From positions 2,039 through 66,038 of the forward strand of contig SXSK01000192.1 in assembly GCA_005793375.1 (NCBI GenBank): DNA of 64,000 nucleotides, given 5' to 3'. The position numbers were made by a program, and so were the translations under genes. Source of the DNA: Verrucomicrobiales bacterium. GTDB taxonomy: Bacteria > Verrucomicrobiota > Verrucomicrobiia > Limisphaerales > UBA9464. How positions within the stretch are numbered: position 1 is the stretch's first letter; each line of letters begins with the position of its first letter. Below, one piece after another: positions 29,092 through 38,144 of the stretch. Below the pieces are notes generated by a model. It made no database searches. It saw nothing but the letters and a program-made list of their open reading frames with translations, and was not told the DNA's origin.

Positions 29092-30189
29092 TCAAAAAAC
29101 GATGGTCGATAGCGAGTGGAGGTCCAAGAGCGGTTGCCGCGATTCTGTGGCCAGTTCGTTGAACGCCTGAAGTTCGGCCTGGGTGAAAAGCAATCCGCCG
29201 GCTTGGGCCGTTCGTTTGGCCCATTCGGCTTCGACCTGGCCTGGGAGCAGACAGTTCTCATTGCCGTGACCGAGCACATCTTGGATGACGGCCTTTACAT
29301 TGGATCCTTGGCTGCGCCCTTTGGCGAAGGCGCCGCCACTGATGGCGTCGGGATGAATCACTTGGAAGAAGAACACGCAGGTGTGCTTCTCCTCGGGTTG
29401 CTGTTCCCAACGGCTGCGGAGCGTGGGCAGTGATCCGCCGACGTATCCCGCCACGAGTTCGTTGATCAGGGAAAGGCCATAACCTTTGTGCGCCCCAAAA
29501 GGCAGAAGCGAAACTGCCTGATTGGGGTCGGTGGTGGGCTTGCCATCCTTGTCAACGGCGGCCATGGGTGGCAGGGATTTTCCTTCCCGCTTGAGTTGCT
29601 GTACTCGGCCCATGGCGACAACGGACGTGGCCCAGTCGATGACAATCGGAAACCCGACGCTGTCGGTGGTAGGGAAACCCCAGGAATGTGGATTGGTGCC
29701 GAGTGTGGGAAACTTACCATCGAAAGGCACCACTTCGGCGAGTGCGGCAGTGCAATTGGTGTAGGCAATGTAACCACGTTTCGCCGCCTCCATCACATAA
29801 CCCCCTCCCCACAAATAATGGAAGGCGTTGTCGACCGATACCGTGCCGACACCGAATTGATCGGCGAGTCGCATGGCTTCAGCTAGTGCGCGGTAGGCTG
29901 TCGATTGACCCAGTTTTTTGTTGGCATTCCAGATTTTGGCCGCGGGAAACCGGCTGGGGCGTTCTTCGATTTGCGCACCCGGGACGCATCCTTTGGAACC
30001 CGAACCGAACAAATGATCCAAATGGAGCGCCTTAATGCCATTATGAGTGCGGATGCCATGTCGGGAAGCTTCGGCACAAAGTCGAGCCCCTTCGTCGGCT
30101 TCGTCGGCCAGGAATCCACGATGGCGGTAGGCCGCTTCGACCAAGGTATTGTGCTGGACTTCCGGAACGATGTAATAGGTTTCGGGCAT
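29092..30189 (-). CDS. Ldh_2 (malate/L-lactate dehydrogenase type 2) family oxidoreductase
   Basis: 365 aa with 'GIRTHNGI', 'GTNPHSWGFP' and 'FGAHKGYGLS', all characteristic of the Ldh_2 family. Confidence 0.75.
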   Translation of the reverse strand: MPETYYIVPEVQHNTLVEAAYRHRGFLADEADEGARLCAEASRHGIRTHNGIKALHLDHLFGSGSKGCVPGAQIEERPSRFPAAKIWNANKKLGQSTAYRALAEAMRLADQFGVGTVSVDNAFHYLWGGGYVMEAAKRGYIAYTNCTAALAEVVPFDGKFPTLGTNPHSWGFPTTDSVGFPIVIDWATSVVAMGRVQQLKREGKSLPPMAAVDKDGKPTTDPNQAVSLLPFGAHKGYGLSLINELVAGYVGGSLPTLRSRWEQQPEEKHTCVFFFQVIHPDAISGGAFAKGRSQGSNVKAVIQDVLGHGNENCLLPGQVEAEWAKRTAQAGGLLFTQAELQAFNELATESRQPLLDLHSLSTIVF

Positions 30190-30254
30190 AAGGTTCGGTG
30201 CGGTGCTGCGAGCGTTGGCGTTTGAGTTCGGAGTTTTTGCGCGGGGCGTCTCGC

Positions 30255-31220
30255 CTAAAATTCGTTGGCCTGGGCTATGGGTTTCTGGCCGGTCAAATAA
30301 CGCGTCAGATTTTCAACGGCACAGGTCGCTTGCCTCTGGACGCTTTCGTGCGTCCGCGAGCCGATATGGGGCGTGATAATCACATTGGGCAAGCCGAGCA
30401 ACGGATGGTCTGCAGGTGGCGGTTCCTGATCCAAAACATCCGCTGCATAGGCCAGCAACTTATGGCTCTTTAGGGCATCAACCAAGGCGCTCAGCTCCAA
30501 AATTTCGCCCCGGGCGCAATTCACAATAACGGCGCCTCGCTTCAGCAACGGCAGATTCTTGGCGTTGATGAGATGGCGAGTGGCCGGGGTGAGTTTGGTG
30601 TGCAGCGACACGATGTCGGCAAGTCTTAGCGCGTCGTCGATGGTGGCGACTCGCTCGATACCGTACCACCGGGCAAAATCTTCGTCCCAATAGTTGCCAT
30701 AGCCCACCAGCTTGAGACCAAAAGCATGGGCTCGGACGGCAACTTCTTTGCCGATGCGACCGAACCCGACGATGGCGAGGGTCTTGCCACACAGCTCATT
30801 GCCGGTGATGCGGGTCCACCGCCCCGCTGCGGTATGATTGGCTTCGACCACGAGATTGCGAACAGCGGCGAGCAGGAGGGCGAATGTGTGTTCGGCAACC
30901 GTGGTATGGTTTACCCCAGGCGTAAACAAAACCGGTACTTTGAGATCCGTCGCAGCCCGGACGTCAATCTTGTCCAAACCGATCCCATATTTTGAGATGA
31001 CCTTTAATCGAGGCAGCGATTTCGAGATCACGGCGCGGGTCATCGCGTCGTCGCCACAGAGGTAGGCATCGAAGTCGCCGGCGAGTTCCAGCATCCGCCC
31101 TTCGGAAAGTGGACCCCGCTCGCGAACGACGTCAAACCCGGCCGCGGCAAGCAGGTCGTGATGCGAACCCGGCGTGTCTTGAAACGACGTGGTGGTCAGG
31201 AGGACGCGTGTCTTGGACAT
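30255..31220 (-). CDS. D-isomer-specific 2-hydroxyacid dehydrogenase (phosphoglycerate-dehydrogenase-like)
   Basis: NAD motif 'LAIVGFGRIGKEVA', 'NCARG' and 'TPHIGS'. The ATG at 31220 gives 'MSKTRVLLTT'. The track ORF's 94 upstream codons overlap the rsmI 3' end and look spurious. Confidence 0.8.
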   Translation of the reverse strand: MSKTRVLLTTTSFQDTPGSHHDLLAAAGFDVVRERGPLSEGRMLELAGDFDAYLCGDDAMTRAVISKSLPRLKVISKYGIGLDKIDVRAATDLKVPVLFTPGVNHTTVAEHTFALLLAAVRNLVVEANHTAAGRWTRITGNELCGKTLAIVGFGRIGKEVAVRAHAFGLKLVGYGNYWDEDFARWYGIERVATIDDALRLADIVSLHTKLTPATRHLINAKNLPLLKRGAVIVNCARGEILELSALVDALKSHKLLAYAADVLDQEPPPADHPLLGLPNVIITPHIGSRTHESVQRQATCAVENLTRYLTGQKPIAQANEF

Positions 31221-31317
31221 GAGTAAACGGAATTGAACGGCGACCGAAATAAGAACAACTGGCGACAAGTGCAAGCCGTGAGTGGCCGGCCAGGAACAAG
31301 GAATGAAGTGGGACGGC

Positions 31318-32052
31318 TCAGGTAGTTTCTCGGCCCTCCACCATGACGACGAATTCTCCTTTGCGGGGTCGGGCCTGGAGGTTGGCGGCGATTTCAGCCG
31401 GGGTGCCTCGCAACCATTCCTCGAATTTTTTGGTGAGTTCCCGTGCCAGGACGACGCGTCGGTTGGGCAGGAGTTCAGCCAGTTCCGAGACCAGTTTCTC
31501 AATCCGGTAGGGCGATTCGTAGAGGACCAGCGTGCCGGCTATCGCGGCGAGTTCAGACAGGCGACGAGCGCGTTGACCGGACTTGACCGGCAGGAACCCG
31601 ACGAAGTGGAATTCGTCGGTGAGCAACCCGCTGGCTATGAGGCCGGCGATTAGGGCGCAGGGGCCGGGGATGGGTTCAACGCGGAGGCCGGCGGCGACGA
31701 CCGCCGCGACCAATCGCTGGCCGGGATCGCTGATTCCTGGCGAGCCAGCATCCGATACCAGGGCGACGATATCCCCACGGCTCAATCGTTCGACGAGTTC
31801 CACGGAGCGCCGTGCTTCATTGAACTTGAAGAAGCTCAGCAAGGGTTTGTGGAGACCAAAATGGGTGAGGAGTTGACCAGTCCTACGGGTGTCCTCCGCG
31901 GCGACGACCGTGCAGTCACGCAGGACACGTAGGGCGCGCAATGTGATGTCCTCCAGATTGCCGATGGGCGTGGCCACCAGATAAAGCGTGCCGGGGACCA
32001 GCGGCGGGAGAGCGCTTGGCGCTGGTTCTGGGGCGGGGGAACTGAGATTCAT
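31318..32052 (-). CDS. rsmI: 16S rRNA (cytidine1402-2'-O)-methyltransferase
   Basis: 'GTLYLVATPIGNLEDITLRALRVL...AAEDTR' and 'SDAGSPGISDPG' are hallmark RsmI motifs. Confidence 0.9.
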   Translation of the reverse strand: MNLSSPAPEPAPSALPPLVPGTLYLVATPIGNLEDITLRALRVLRDCTVVAAEDTRRTGQLLTHFGLHKPLLSFFKFNEARRSVELVERLSRGDIVALVSDAGSPGISDPGQRLVAAVVAAGLRVEPIPGPCALIAGLIASGLLTDEFHFVGFLPVKSGQRARRLSELAAIAGTLVLYESPYRIEKLVSELAELLPNRRVVLARELTKKFEEWLRGTPAEIAANLQARPRKGEFVVMVEGRETT

Positions 32053-32105
32053 CGGCGGGCGAGAGGGTGTGGAGGGATGACGGTGCGTTGGCGGTAAGCT
32101 CCCGT

Positions 32106-33251
32106 CTAACCACCTCGGATTTGGCGAAGCACACTGGGCAATGCGTCGATCACGAGAGAAACTTCTTCCGCTGTGGATTTGCGGCCGAGTGAAAATCGAA
32201 CCAAGGCATTGGATTCGGCTTCAGAGACGCCCATGGCCCTCAGCACATGACTAGGTTCCAGGGAGCCAGCAGAGCAGGCGGAACCGCTGGAGGCGCAGAT
32301 TCCTTCAAGATCCAACCCAGCCAGAAGTGCCATGCTGTCGCACCCGGCCACGGTGAATGCGAGGGTGTTGGAGAGCCCCAGAGTTGGATCCCCTCGCACA
32401 GTGACACCGGGCAGAGATTGGACGGCGCGACTCAATTCCAGAACCATTGGCCGTAGCTGTTGTTCAGAAAATACGGGACTTGGGACGAAACGGGCAAATG
32501 CCTCTACCAGTCCGGCAATGGCTGAAAGGTTCTCGGTGCCGGCTCGGCGTTCGTTTTCGTGTCCCCCACCTACCAGTATGGGAATGGGTTGGAGCGGAGA
32601 GCGGATAAACAGGGCGCCGGCTCCCTTGGGCCCATGGAATTTATGGGCACACACGGAAACCAGGTCGGCGTGGAAGGCATCCATGCCTGAGAACGGCAGT
32701 TTTCCAAAGGCTTGAACCGCATCGGTATGAAATCGAATCCCTCGCTCACGGCACCAAGCACCGATTTCGGCGATGGGTTGAAGGGTGCCGACCTCATTGT
32801 TGGCGGCCATGACGGAGACGAGAGTGGTGTCGGGGCGCGTGGCGTCCATTAATGCCTGCAATTCAACGCGGCCATGGGCGTCCACGGCAAGGCGGGTGAC
32901 CTCAAACCCCTCGAGGCGTTCGAGTTGATCGAAGGCATGCAGGGCGGCTGGATGTTCGACGGCGCTGGTAATCAGATGTCGCCCGCGGGGTTTGAGGAGT
33001 CGCGCTGTGCCAAATATTGCCAGATTATTGGATTCCGTGCCACCACTGGTGAATACCATTTCGCTGGGTTTGCAGCGCCACAGTTCTGCGAGCCGATATC
33101 GGCAATCGTCCAGGGCGCTACGGGCGGCGCGACCAATCCGATGGACGCTGGAGGGGTTACCCCACACGTCACCGAGAAAGGGCATCATCACCTCACGCAC
33201 CTCGAGATCCAGTGTTGTGGTGGCGTTGTAATCGAAATAAATGGTCTGCAC
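32106..33251 (-). CDS. Cysteine desulfurase (class I, NifS/IscS family)
   Basis: 'IYFDYNATT', 'SGGTESNN', the PLP lysine context 'CAHKFHGPKG' and the active-site 'SSGSACSAG'. The start is a GTG. Confidence 0.9.
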   Translation of the reverse strand: MQTIYFDYNATTTLDLEVREVMMPFLGDVWGNPSSVHRIGRAARSALDDCRYRLAELWRCKPSEMVFTSGGTESNNLAIFGTARLLKPRGRHLITSAVEHPAALHAFDQLERLEGFEVTRLAVDAHGRVELQALMDATRPDTTLVSVMAANNEVGTLQPIAEIGAWCRERGIRFHTDAVQAFGKLPFSGMDAFHADLVSVCAHKFHGPKGAGALFIRSPLQPIPILVGGGHENERRAGTENLSAIAGLVEAFARFVPSPVFSEQQLRPMVLELSRAVQSLPGVTVRGDPTLGLSNTLAFTVAGCDSMALLAGLDLEGICASSGSACSAGSLEPSHVLRAMGVSEAESNALVRFSLGRKSTAEEVSLVIDALPSVLRQIRGG

Positions 33252-33316
33252 GAGCGGTCAGGGCGGCGATTGCGGCCTTCGGAACAGACTAACCATCGAT
33301 GACCCAACCCTGGAGA

Positions 33317-33826
33317 TCAATAATCGTAAAGGCCGGGGTCCTTGGCATAGGGCCCACCGCCTCCGCCACCTGCGGAACTGTCTTCCCCTGTCATTTCGCC
33401 GAAGACATCTCCCATATCTTCCTCGATCTTTTCCGGGTCTTCCCCGGCTTCCAATCGCCGAATGGCAATGTCCATCTCCTTAGGAAGGGTCCCTGGGGGC
33501 ATCATGTCCTTCATTTTGCGCATCATGATGGCCATATGCTTGGGGTTGTTCTCATCCAAGTGATCCATGACTTGCTCCATTTCGGACATCGCACGTTCCA
33601 TACGGGGGTCGTCGATGTCTGGCATCCCGGACGTATCTCCCTCGACAGGTTCGGAGGGTGCTTTGGGTTCGGAGACGCCTCTGATCATGGCGAAGCGGCT
33701 GACCTCCTTGGTAAGGTTTTTGCGCCCACATTTGGGGCAGGAAGGGGATTGTTCGGGCTGTATCCGACGCGAAAGGAAACTGAAGATGCGCCGGCACTTG
33801 GGGCATGCGAACTCGTAAATCGGCAT
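33317..33826 (-). CDS. FmdB-family zinc-ribbon protein with a long Met/Glu-rich tail
   Basis: The N-terminus 'MPIYEFACPKCRRIF...CPKCG' has two CxxC pairs. The C-terminal ~110 aa are acidic and Met-rich and end in a Gly run. Confidence 0.7.
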   Translation of the reverse strand: MPIYEFACPKCRRIFSFLSRRIQPEQSPSCPKCGRKNLTKEVSRFAMIRGVSEPKAPSEPVEGDTSGMPDIDDPRMERAMSEMEQVMDHLDENNPKHMAIMMRKMKDMMPPGTLPKEMDIAIRRLEAGEDPEKIEEDMGDVFGEMTGEDSSAGGGGGGPYAKDPGLYDY

Positions 33827-33965
33827 GGTTTTGAGAATCCGGAACCGGCCTTGGAAGTCAAGCGGCAGGCGAACTCTGGCTGTGGAGTAAATGGAATGGG
33901 TTGCATGAAGGCGACTTAAAACGACGTTTTTGAGGGTTCAGAGGACGAATCACCTGAAAAAACCG

Positions 33966-33995
33966 TTGCACGGCCATTTGGCGCCTGCCTAATGT
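33966..33995 (+). promoter_or_regulatory. Candidate sigma70-type promoter for the porin gene
   Basis: TTGCAC (33966-33971), an 18-nt spacer, then TAATGT (33990-33995), about 105 nt upstream of the ATG. It overlaps the first of two direct repeats GCCATTT(A)GGCGCCTG (33973-33987 and 34010-34025). Confidence 0.35.
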
Positions 33996-34099
33996 CGTCT
34001 CCAGTATGCGCCATTTAGGCGCCTGGCCAAACTGTCTTTGGCCCGCAAACATAACGTAATAGCAAAGCACAACAGTAGTACATCTCAGGAGGAACAACG

Positions 34100-35290
34100 A
34101 TGAAGTTGAATAAGCGAACATTGGCGATGGCTTTCACCAGCGTGGCTGGCATGGCGATGGTTCAAGCGGATGAGCACCCGGTGAGTACCGCGCTCAGCTC
34201 CACAAGCCTTTATGGTTACGTGGATACGGCGGCGATCTGGAATTTTGGTTCCAAGAACGACGTCACCACCCGTTTTAACAACACAGGCCGCGACCGTCAG
34301 GACGGTTTCAACCTGAACGTGGTGAAGATTGCCCTCGAGAAGCCTCTCGACGAAGGCACTTGGTCTGCTGGTTACAAAGCGGACATGTGGTTTGGACCTG
34401 ACGCGGCGGGCATGCCGGGTCGTTTGAGCGATTCGAGGGGTGGAGCCAGCGAAATCGCTGTCAAGCAAGCCTATGTGGCGTTGCGCGCCCCGGTGGGTAA
34501 CGGCATCGACTTCAAGATCGGTCAGTTCGACCCGATCATCGGTTACGAGACGGCCGACGCCTACGCCAACCCGAATTTCAGCCGTGGCATGGGTTACACC
34601 ATTGAGCCCTTCGGTCACCAAGGCGTCCTCGCCACCTATCAGTTCAGCGAGATCTTCGGCGCCAGCGCCGGTGTCGCGAACACCTGGAACGGCCCTGCGA
34701 TCAATAGCAAGGTCCGCACCCAGTCCATCAAGACCTACATGGCGGGTATCGTCGTGAAGGCTCCTGAGAGCACTGGTTTCCTCGAAGGCAGCTCGCTGTA
34801 CGCTGGCGTGGTTGACGGCGGCGTGGATGGAGGGAACAACGACCTGTTAAATATTTATGTTGGTGGCACGATGTCGACCCCGATCACTGGGTTCACCGTG
34901 GGTGCTGCTTATGACTACCTCAGCCACAAGGGCGACAATCCTGGTGCTGCTATGGCTGGCAACAATCCGGGTGTTCCCAACAACGGCGGCTTGAGCCGTG
35001 GTTTCGCCAGCGTCACGTCACTCTATGCCAGCTATCAGCTGACCGAGCAGATCAAGTTGAACGGTCGCGGCGAATATGCCACCAGCAGCGGCGGCATCTT
35101 CGGCAGCGTCAATGTGGGTGAAAACAACGAAGAAATCTTCGCCTACACCTTCACCGTGGACTACGCGCTGTGGGCCAATGTTGTGACCCGTGCGGAAGTC
35201 CGCTGGGATCATGCGAGCCGCGGCACCATCGGCGCCGGTGGCGACAGAAACGACTTGAGCCTCGCGCTCAACGTGATCTACAAGTTCTAA
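34100..35290 (+). CDS. Outer-membrane beta-barrel porin-like protein
   Basis: Strong SD AGGAGG at 34087-34092. The signal peptide is 'MKLNKRTLAMAFTSVAGMAMVQA'. Amphipathic strands alternate along the sequence, and the C-terminus ends in 'NVIYKF' with a terminal aromatic residue. Confidence 0.7.
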   Translation: MKLNKRTLAMAFTSVAGMAMVQADEHPVSTALSSTSLYGYVDTAAIWNFGSKNDVTTRFNNTGRDRQDGFNLNVVKIALEKPLDEGTWSAGYKADMWFGPDAAGMPGRLSDSRGGASEIAVKQAYVALRAPVGNGIDFKIGQFDPIIGYETADAYANPNFSRGMGYTIEPFGHQGVLATYQFSEIFGASAGVANTWNGPAINSKVRTQSIKTYMAGIVVKAPESTGFLEGSSLYAGVVDGGVDGGNNDLLNIYVGGTMSTPITGFTVGAAYDYLSHKGDNPGAAMAGNNPGVPNNGGLSRGFASVTSLYASYQLTEQIKLNGRGEYATSSGGIFGSVNVGENNEEIFAYTFTVDYALWANVVTRAEVRWDHASRGTIGAGGDRNDLSLALNVIYKF

Positions 35291-35325
35291 TCGAACTTCA
35301 ATCCGTTTAGTCGGTTCCTTTAATC

Positions 35326-35364
35326 AAGCCCTGCGGGTTCATTCCCGCAGGGCTTTTTCTTTTT
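35326..35364 (+). terminator. Rho-independent terminator after the porin gene
   Basis: 12-bp perfect stem aagccctgcggg/cccgcagggctt, loop ttcatt, then tttttcttttt. Confidence 0.9.
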
Positions 35365-35390
35365 GAGCGCGGCGGTCCTCCGCCGCTTTT
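35358..35390 (+). repeat. CTTTGGAG-flank hairpin repeat, copy A
   Basis: 'tctttttgagcgcggcggtcctccgccgctttt'. The 7-bp stem is gcggcgg/ccgccgc. GGGGAATTCCC follows at 35391-35401. Confidence 0.65.
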
Positions 35391-35400
35391 GGGGAATTCC

Positions 35401-35421
35401 CGGGACGACCCATCTCCAACG
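35401..35421 (-). repeat. Hairpin-repeat family, CATCTCCAA-tail subtype, copy L
   Basis: 'cgggacgacccatctccaacg' matches about 15/20 positions of 'gggctgccgcatctccaatg' at 42002-42021. It is inverted relative to copy A. Confidence 0.4.
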
Positions 35422-35583
35422 TCGGTAACTCGGAGAGGCGCTCCTCTTGTAGTCGGATTCCAGTTGGATGTTGCCAATTTTGGTGTTGCGACCGAGTAGC
35501 GCAGGGCGTAGAGGCTGGGTCCTTGGCTGAAGTTGGCTTGTCCTCTCTGGAATAGGACGCCCTTTGACTGGGAATCGCCCCCT

Positions 35584-37068
35584 ATGTTTGAAAATGCAGA
35601 ACTGGGTCGAACGATCCCGAAAAAAGAATACGACCGAACGCTGCCGAAATTACGTGCGCGAATGGTTCAGGCAGAGTTCGCGCTCAAAGCGGTCCGCGTG
35701 CCCGTTATTGTGATTATTTCTGGCGTCGATGGCGCCGGAAAAGGGGACGTGGTGCACCGGCTCAACGAGTGGTTCGACCCGCGTGGTCTCGACACCCATG
35801 CCTTCTGGCATGAGACCGAAGAGGAGCGTTCACATCCATTCTATTGGCATTTTTGGCAGGCGTTGCCAGCGCGTGGGCGTATCGGGTTGCTCCTCGGTTC
35901 ATGGTACACGCAACCGGTGATACAGCGTGTGCATGGGAATATCAAAAATGATGCGCTAGATGCTGCGATGTTACGCATCAGTTTCTTTGAGGAAATGCTG
36001 GTCGACGACGGAGCGGTCATCGTCAAACTCTGGTTTCATCTCTCGGCCAAGATGCTGGCTCGCCGGTTAAAGAATCTCGACAACGACCCACGGACTCATT
36101 GGCGAGTGTTGCCTGTCGATTGGGCGCACCAAAAGCTTTATAAAAAGTTCGTCGATGTTTCCGAAAGAGCGCTGCGTCAGACCGATACCGAGCACGCTCC
36201 GTGGCACCTAGTCGAAGCCACCGATAGCCGCTACCGAGACCTGACCGCCGCGCGGATCATTCTCGAAGCGATGGAAAAGCGACTCGCCCGCGCCGATCGG
36301 AACAAGCCAACTCGCCCCCGTTCGACGCCGAAGTCGGGTTTCCCGTATGTCAAACAAGCCACAATTCTGGATCAGGTGGACTTGTCCCAGTCTCTTTCTT
36401 GCAAGTCTTACGAGAAGAAGCTCTCCAAATACCAAGCGCGATTGAACGCGCTCGTATGGGCAGCGTACCAGAAGCGGATGGCCAATGTGATTGTCTTCGA
36501 GGGCTGGGATGCGGCAGGCAAAGGCAGCGCGATCCGCCGCGTCACAGCCGCGATGGATCCAAGGCTCTTTAGAGTCGTCCCCATTGCTGCACCGACGGAT
36601 GAGGAACACGCGCACCATTATCTCTGGCGCTTCTGGCGTCATCTGCCCGCCAATGGGCTGGTGACGATCTTTGACCGGTCCTGGTATGGGCGTGTGCTAG
36701 TGGAGCGAGTTGAAGGCTTTGCACACCCCGAGGAATGGTCCCGCGCTTACCGTGAATTGAACATGTTCGAGGAACATCTCAGCGAACACGGCACGGTGTT
36801 GACCAAGTTTTGGATACACATCAGCAAGGAAGAACAGTTGCGTCGTTTCCGCGAAAGGGAATCGGTTGCCTTCAAGCAGTACAAAATCACCGCAGAAGAC
36901 TGGCGCAACCGTGAAAACTGGGAGACCCACATGATGGCGGTTCACGACATGGTGGCCCACACCAGCACGGAGTATGCGCCGTGGACGCTGGTGGCCGGCA
37001 ATGACAAGAAGTTCGCCCGCATTCAAATTCTCAAGACGCTTTGCCGCCAATTGGAGCGAGCGCTCTGA
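35584..37068 (+). CDS. ppk2: Two-domain polyphosphate kinase 2 (polyphosphate:AMP phosphotransferase type)
   Basis: Two tandem PPK2 domains with Walker A-like 'GVDGAGKG' and 'GWDAAGKG'. The ATG at 35584 (MFENAELGR) is preferred to the TTG at 35533. Confidence 0.85.
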   Translation: MFENAELGRTIPKKEYDRTLPKLRARMVQAEFALKAVRVPVIVIISGVDGAGKGDVVHRLNEWFDPRGLDTHAFWHETEEERSHPFYWHFWQALPARGRIGLLLGSWYTQPVIQRVHGNIKNDALDAAMLRISFFEEMLVDDGAVIVKLWFHLSAKMLARRLKNLDNDPRTHWRVLPVDWAHQKLYKKFVDVSERALRQTDTEHAPWHLVEATDSRYRDLTAARIILEAMEKRLARADRNKPTRPRSTPKSGFPYVKQATILDQVDLSQSLSCKSYEKKLSKYQARLNALVWAAYQKRMANVIVFEGWDAAGKGSAIRRVTAAMDPRLFRVVPIAAPTDEEHAHHYLWRFWRHLPANGLVTIFDRSWYGRVLVERVEGFAHPEEWSRAYRELNMFEEHLSEHGTVLTKFWIHISKEEQLRRFRERESVAFKQYKITAEDWRNRENWETHMMAVHDMVAHTSTEYAPWTLVAGNDKKFARIQILKTLCRQLERAL

Positions 37069-37202
37069 ATCGTGATTGTCCCCGACAATTCTCACTCACC
37101 GAGGCGAACGCGTCAGCCCGCATCACGTTGAGTGGCTCAATTAAGACGCCCACGCTGTTGATAATCTCCAACGCTCTCCGCTGGCGCCTCTACTTTTTAG
37201 GT

Positions 37203-37787
37203 TTAAGAAATGAGTGGTTTGGACTTTATTCGCGACCGATTTCTCCAAGCCGCGATGACGCCTGAGGCAGCGCCAACCAGATGTCCTTCCCAGGAGACGG
37301 GCCCGGTCTGCGGGAGCAGCCCATGAACCATGCCGCCATAGACGAGGACGACAACGATGGCGATCAGGGTTGCCTTCCAACTGGAACCGAAGATGCCTGC
37401 GAAGACGAGATAAGCGGCGATGCCGTAAACCACGCCGCTAGCGCCAATATGGATGGCGCCACCACGCCCCAGTAACCAGGTGCCAAGCCCTCCCATGATC
37501 CAAATGAAACCCAAAACCATCCACGGTCTCTGGCGTCGATCCCCGAGCAGCAGAGGCATCAGGGCGAGCAATGGGCCGATGTTGGACACGACGTGACCGA
37601 ATCCTTGGTGAAGCAGCGGTGCGAAGATCACGCCTTCTAGTCCGATCCATTCTCGAGGGCGAATGCCGAAGCGGTCCAGTCCGAGTGGCAGCAATAAATC
37701 GATAAGTTCGATTCCCAGCAGGACTCCTGCGACACGAAGGCTGACGAGGAATGGAGCCGCGGAACCTATCGCGAACGCGCGTGCCAT
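37203..37787 (-). CDS. Rhomboid-family intramembrane serine protease
   Basis: Six hydrophobic helices, the catalytic 'GASGVVYG' (GxSG) and a downstream 'EGHLVGAASG' histidine. Confidence 0.8.
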   Translation of the reverse strand: MARAFAIGSAAPFLVSLRVAGVLLGIELIDLLLPLGLDRFGIRPREWIGLEGVIFAPLLHQGFGHVVSNIGPLLALMPLLLGDRRQRPWMVLGFIWIMGGLGTWLLGRGGAIHIGASGVVYGIAAYLVFAGIFGSSWKATLIAIVVVLVYGGMVHGLLPQTGPVSWEGHLVGAASGVIAAWRNRSRIKSKPLIS

Positions 37788-37834
37788 GGTCGGTCTTCAG
37801 AAGGTTGCCGGGCAACTCCAACGACGAGCCGGGC

Positions 37835-38089
37835 CTAGGCGTCGAAGCCGGAGCCCTCCCACCAGACTTCCAATTCATCAGCCCCAAAATCTGCCAGGAC
37901 CTCACCATCCACCTCAACGCTAGGCGCCTTGGTCTGTCCGGTCAGTTCGAACATCTCCGCCCGTGCTTTGGAATTGCGAATCACATCGAGCAGTTCATAG
38001 GGGATCCCTTTGGCGTCGAGCCATTCTACAGCCTCGGTGCACCAGGGACAGCCAGGTTTGACAAAAAGCCGGACTGATTTGGGTTTCAT
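37835..38089 (-). CDS. Glutaredoxin-like protein
   Basis: 84 aa with a 'CPWC' redox motif in a beta-alpha-beta context ('VRLFVKPGCPWCTEAVEWL'). Confidence 0.8.
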   Translation of the reverse strand: MKPKSVRLFVKPGCPWCTEAVEWLDAKGIPYELLDVIRNSKARAEMFELTGQTKAPSVEVDGEVLADFGADELEVWWEGSGFDA

Positions 38090-38144
38090 TCGATATATCT
38101 GCTCAATTCATCATTCCAGGTCCAAGCAATAGCCCCGGGCTGGA

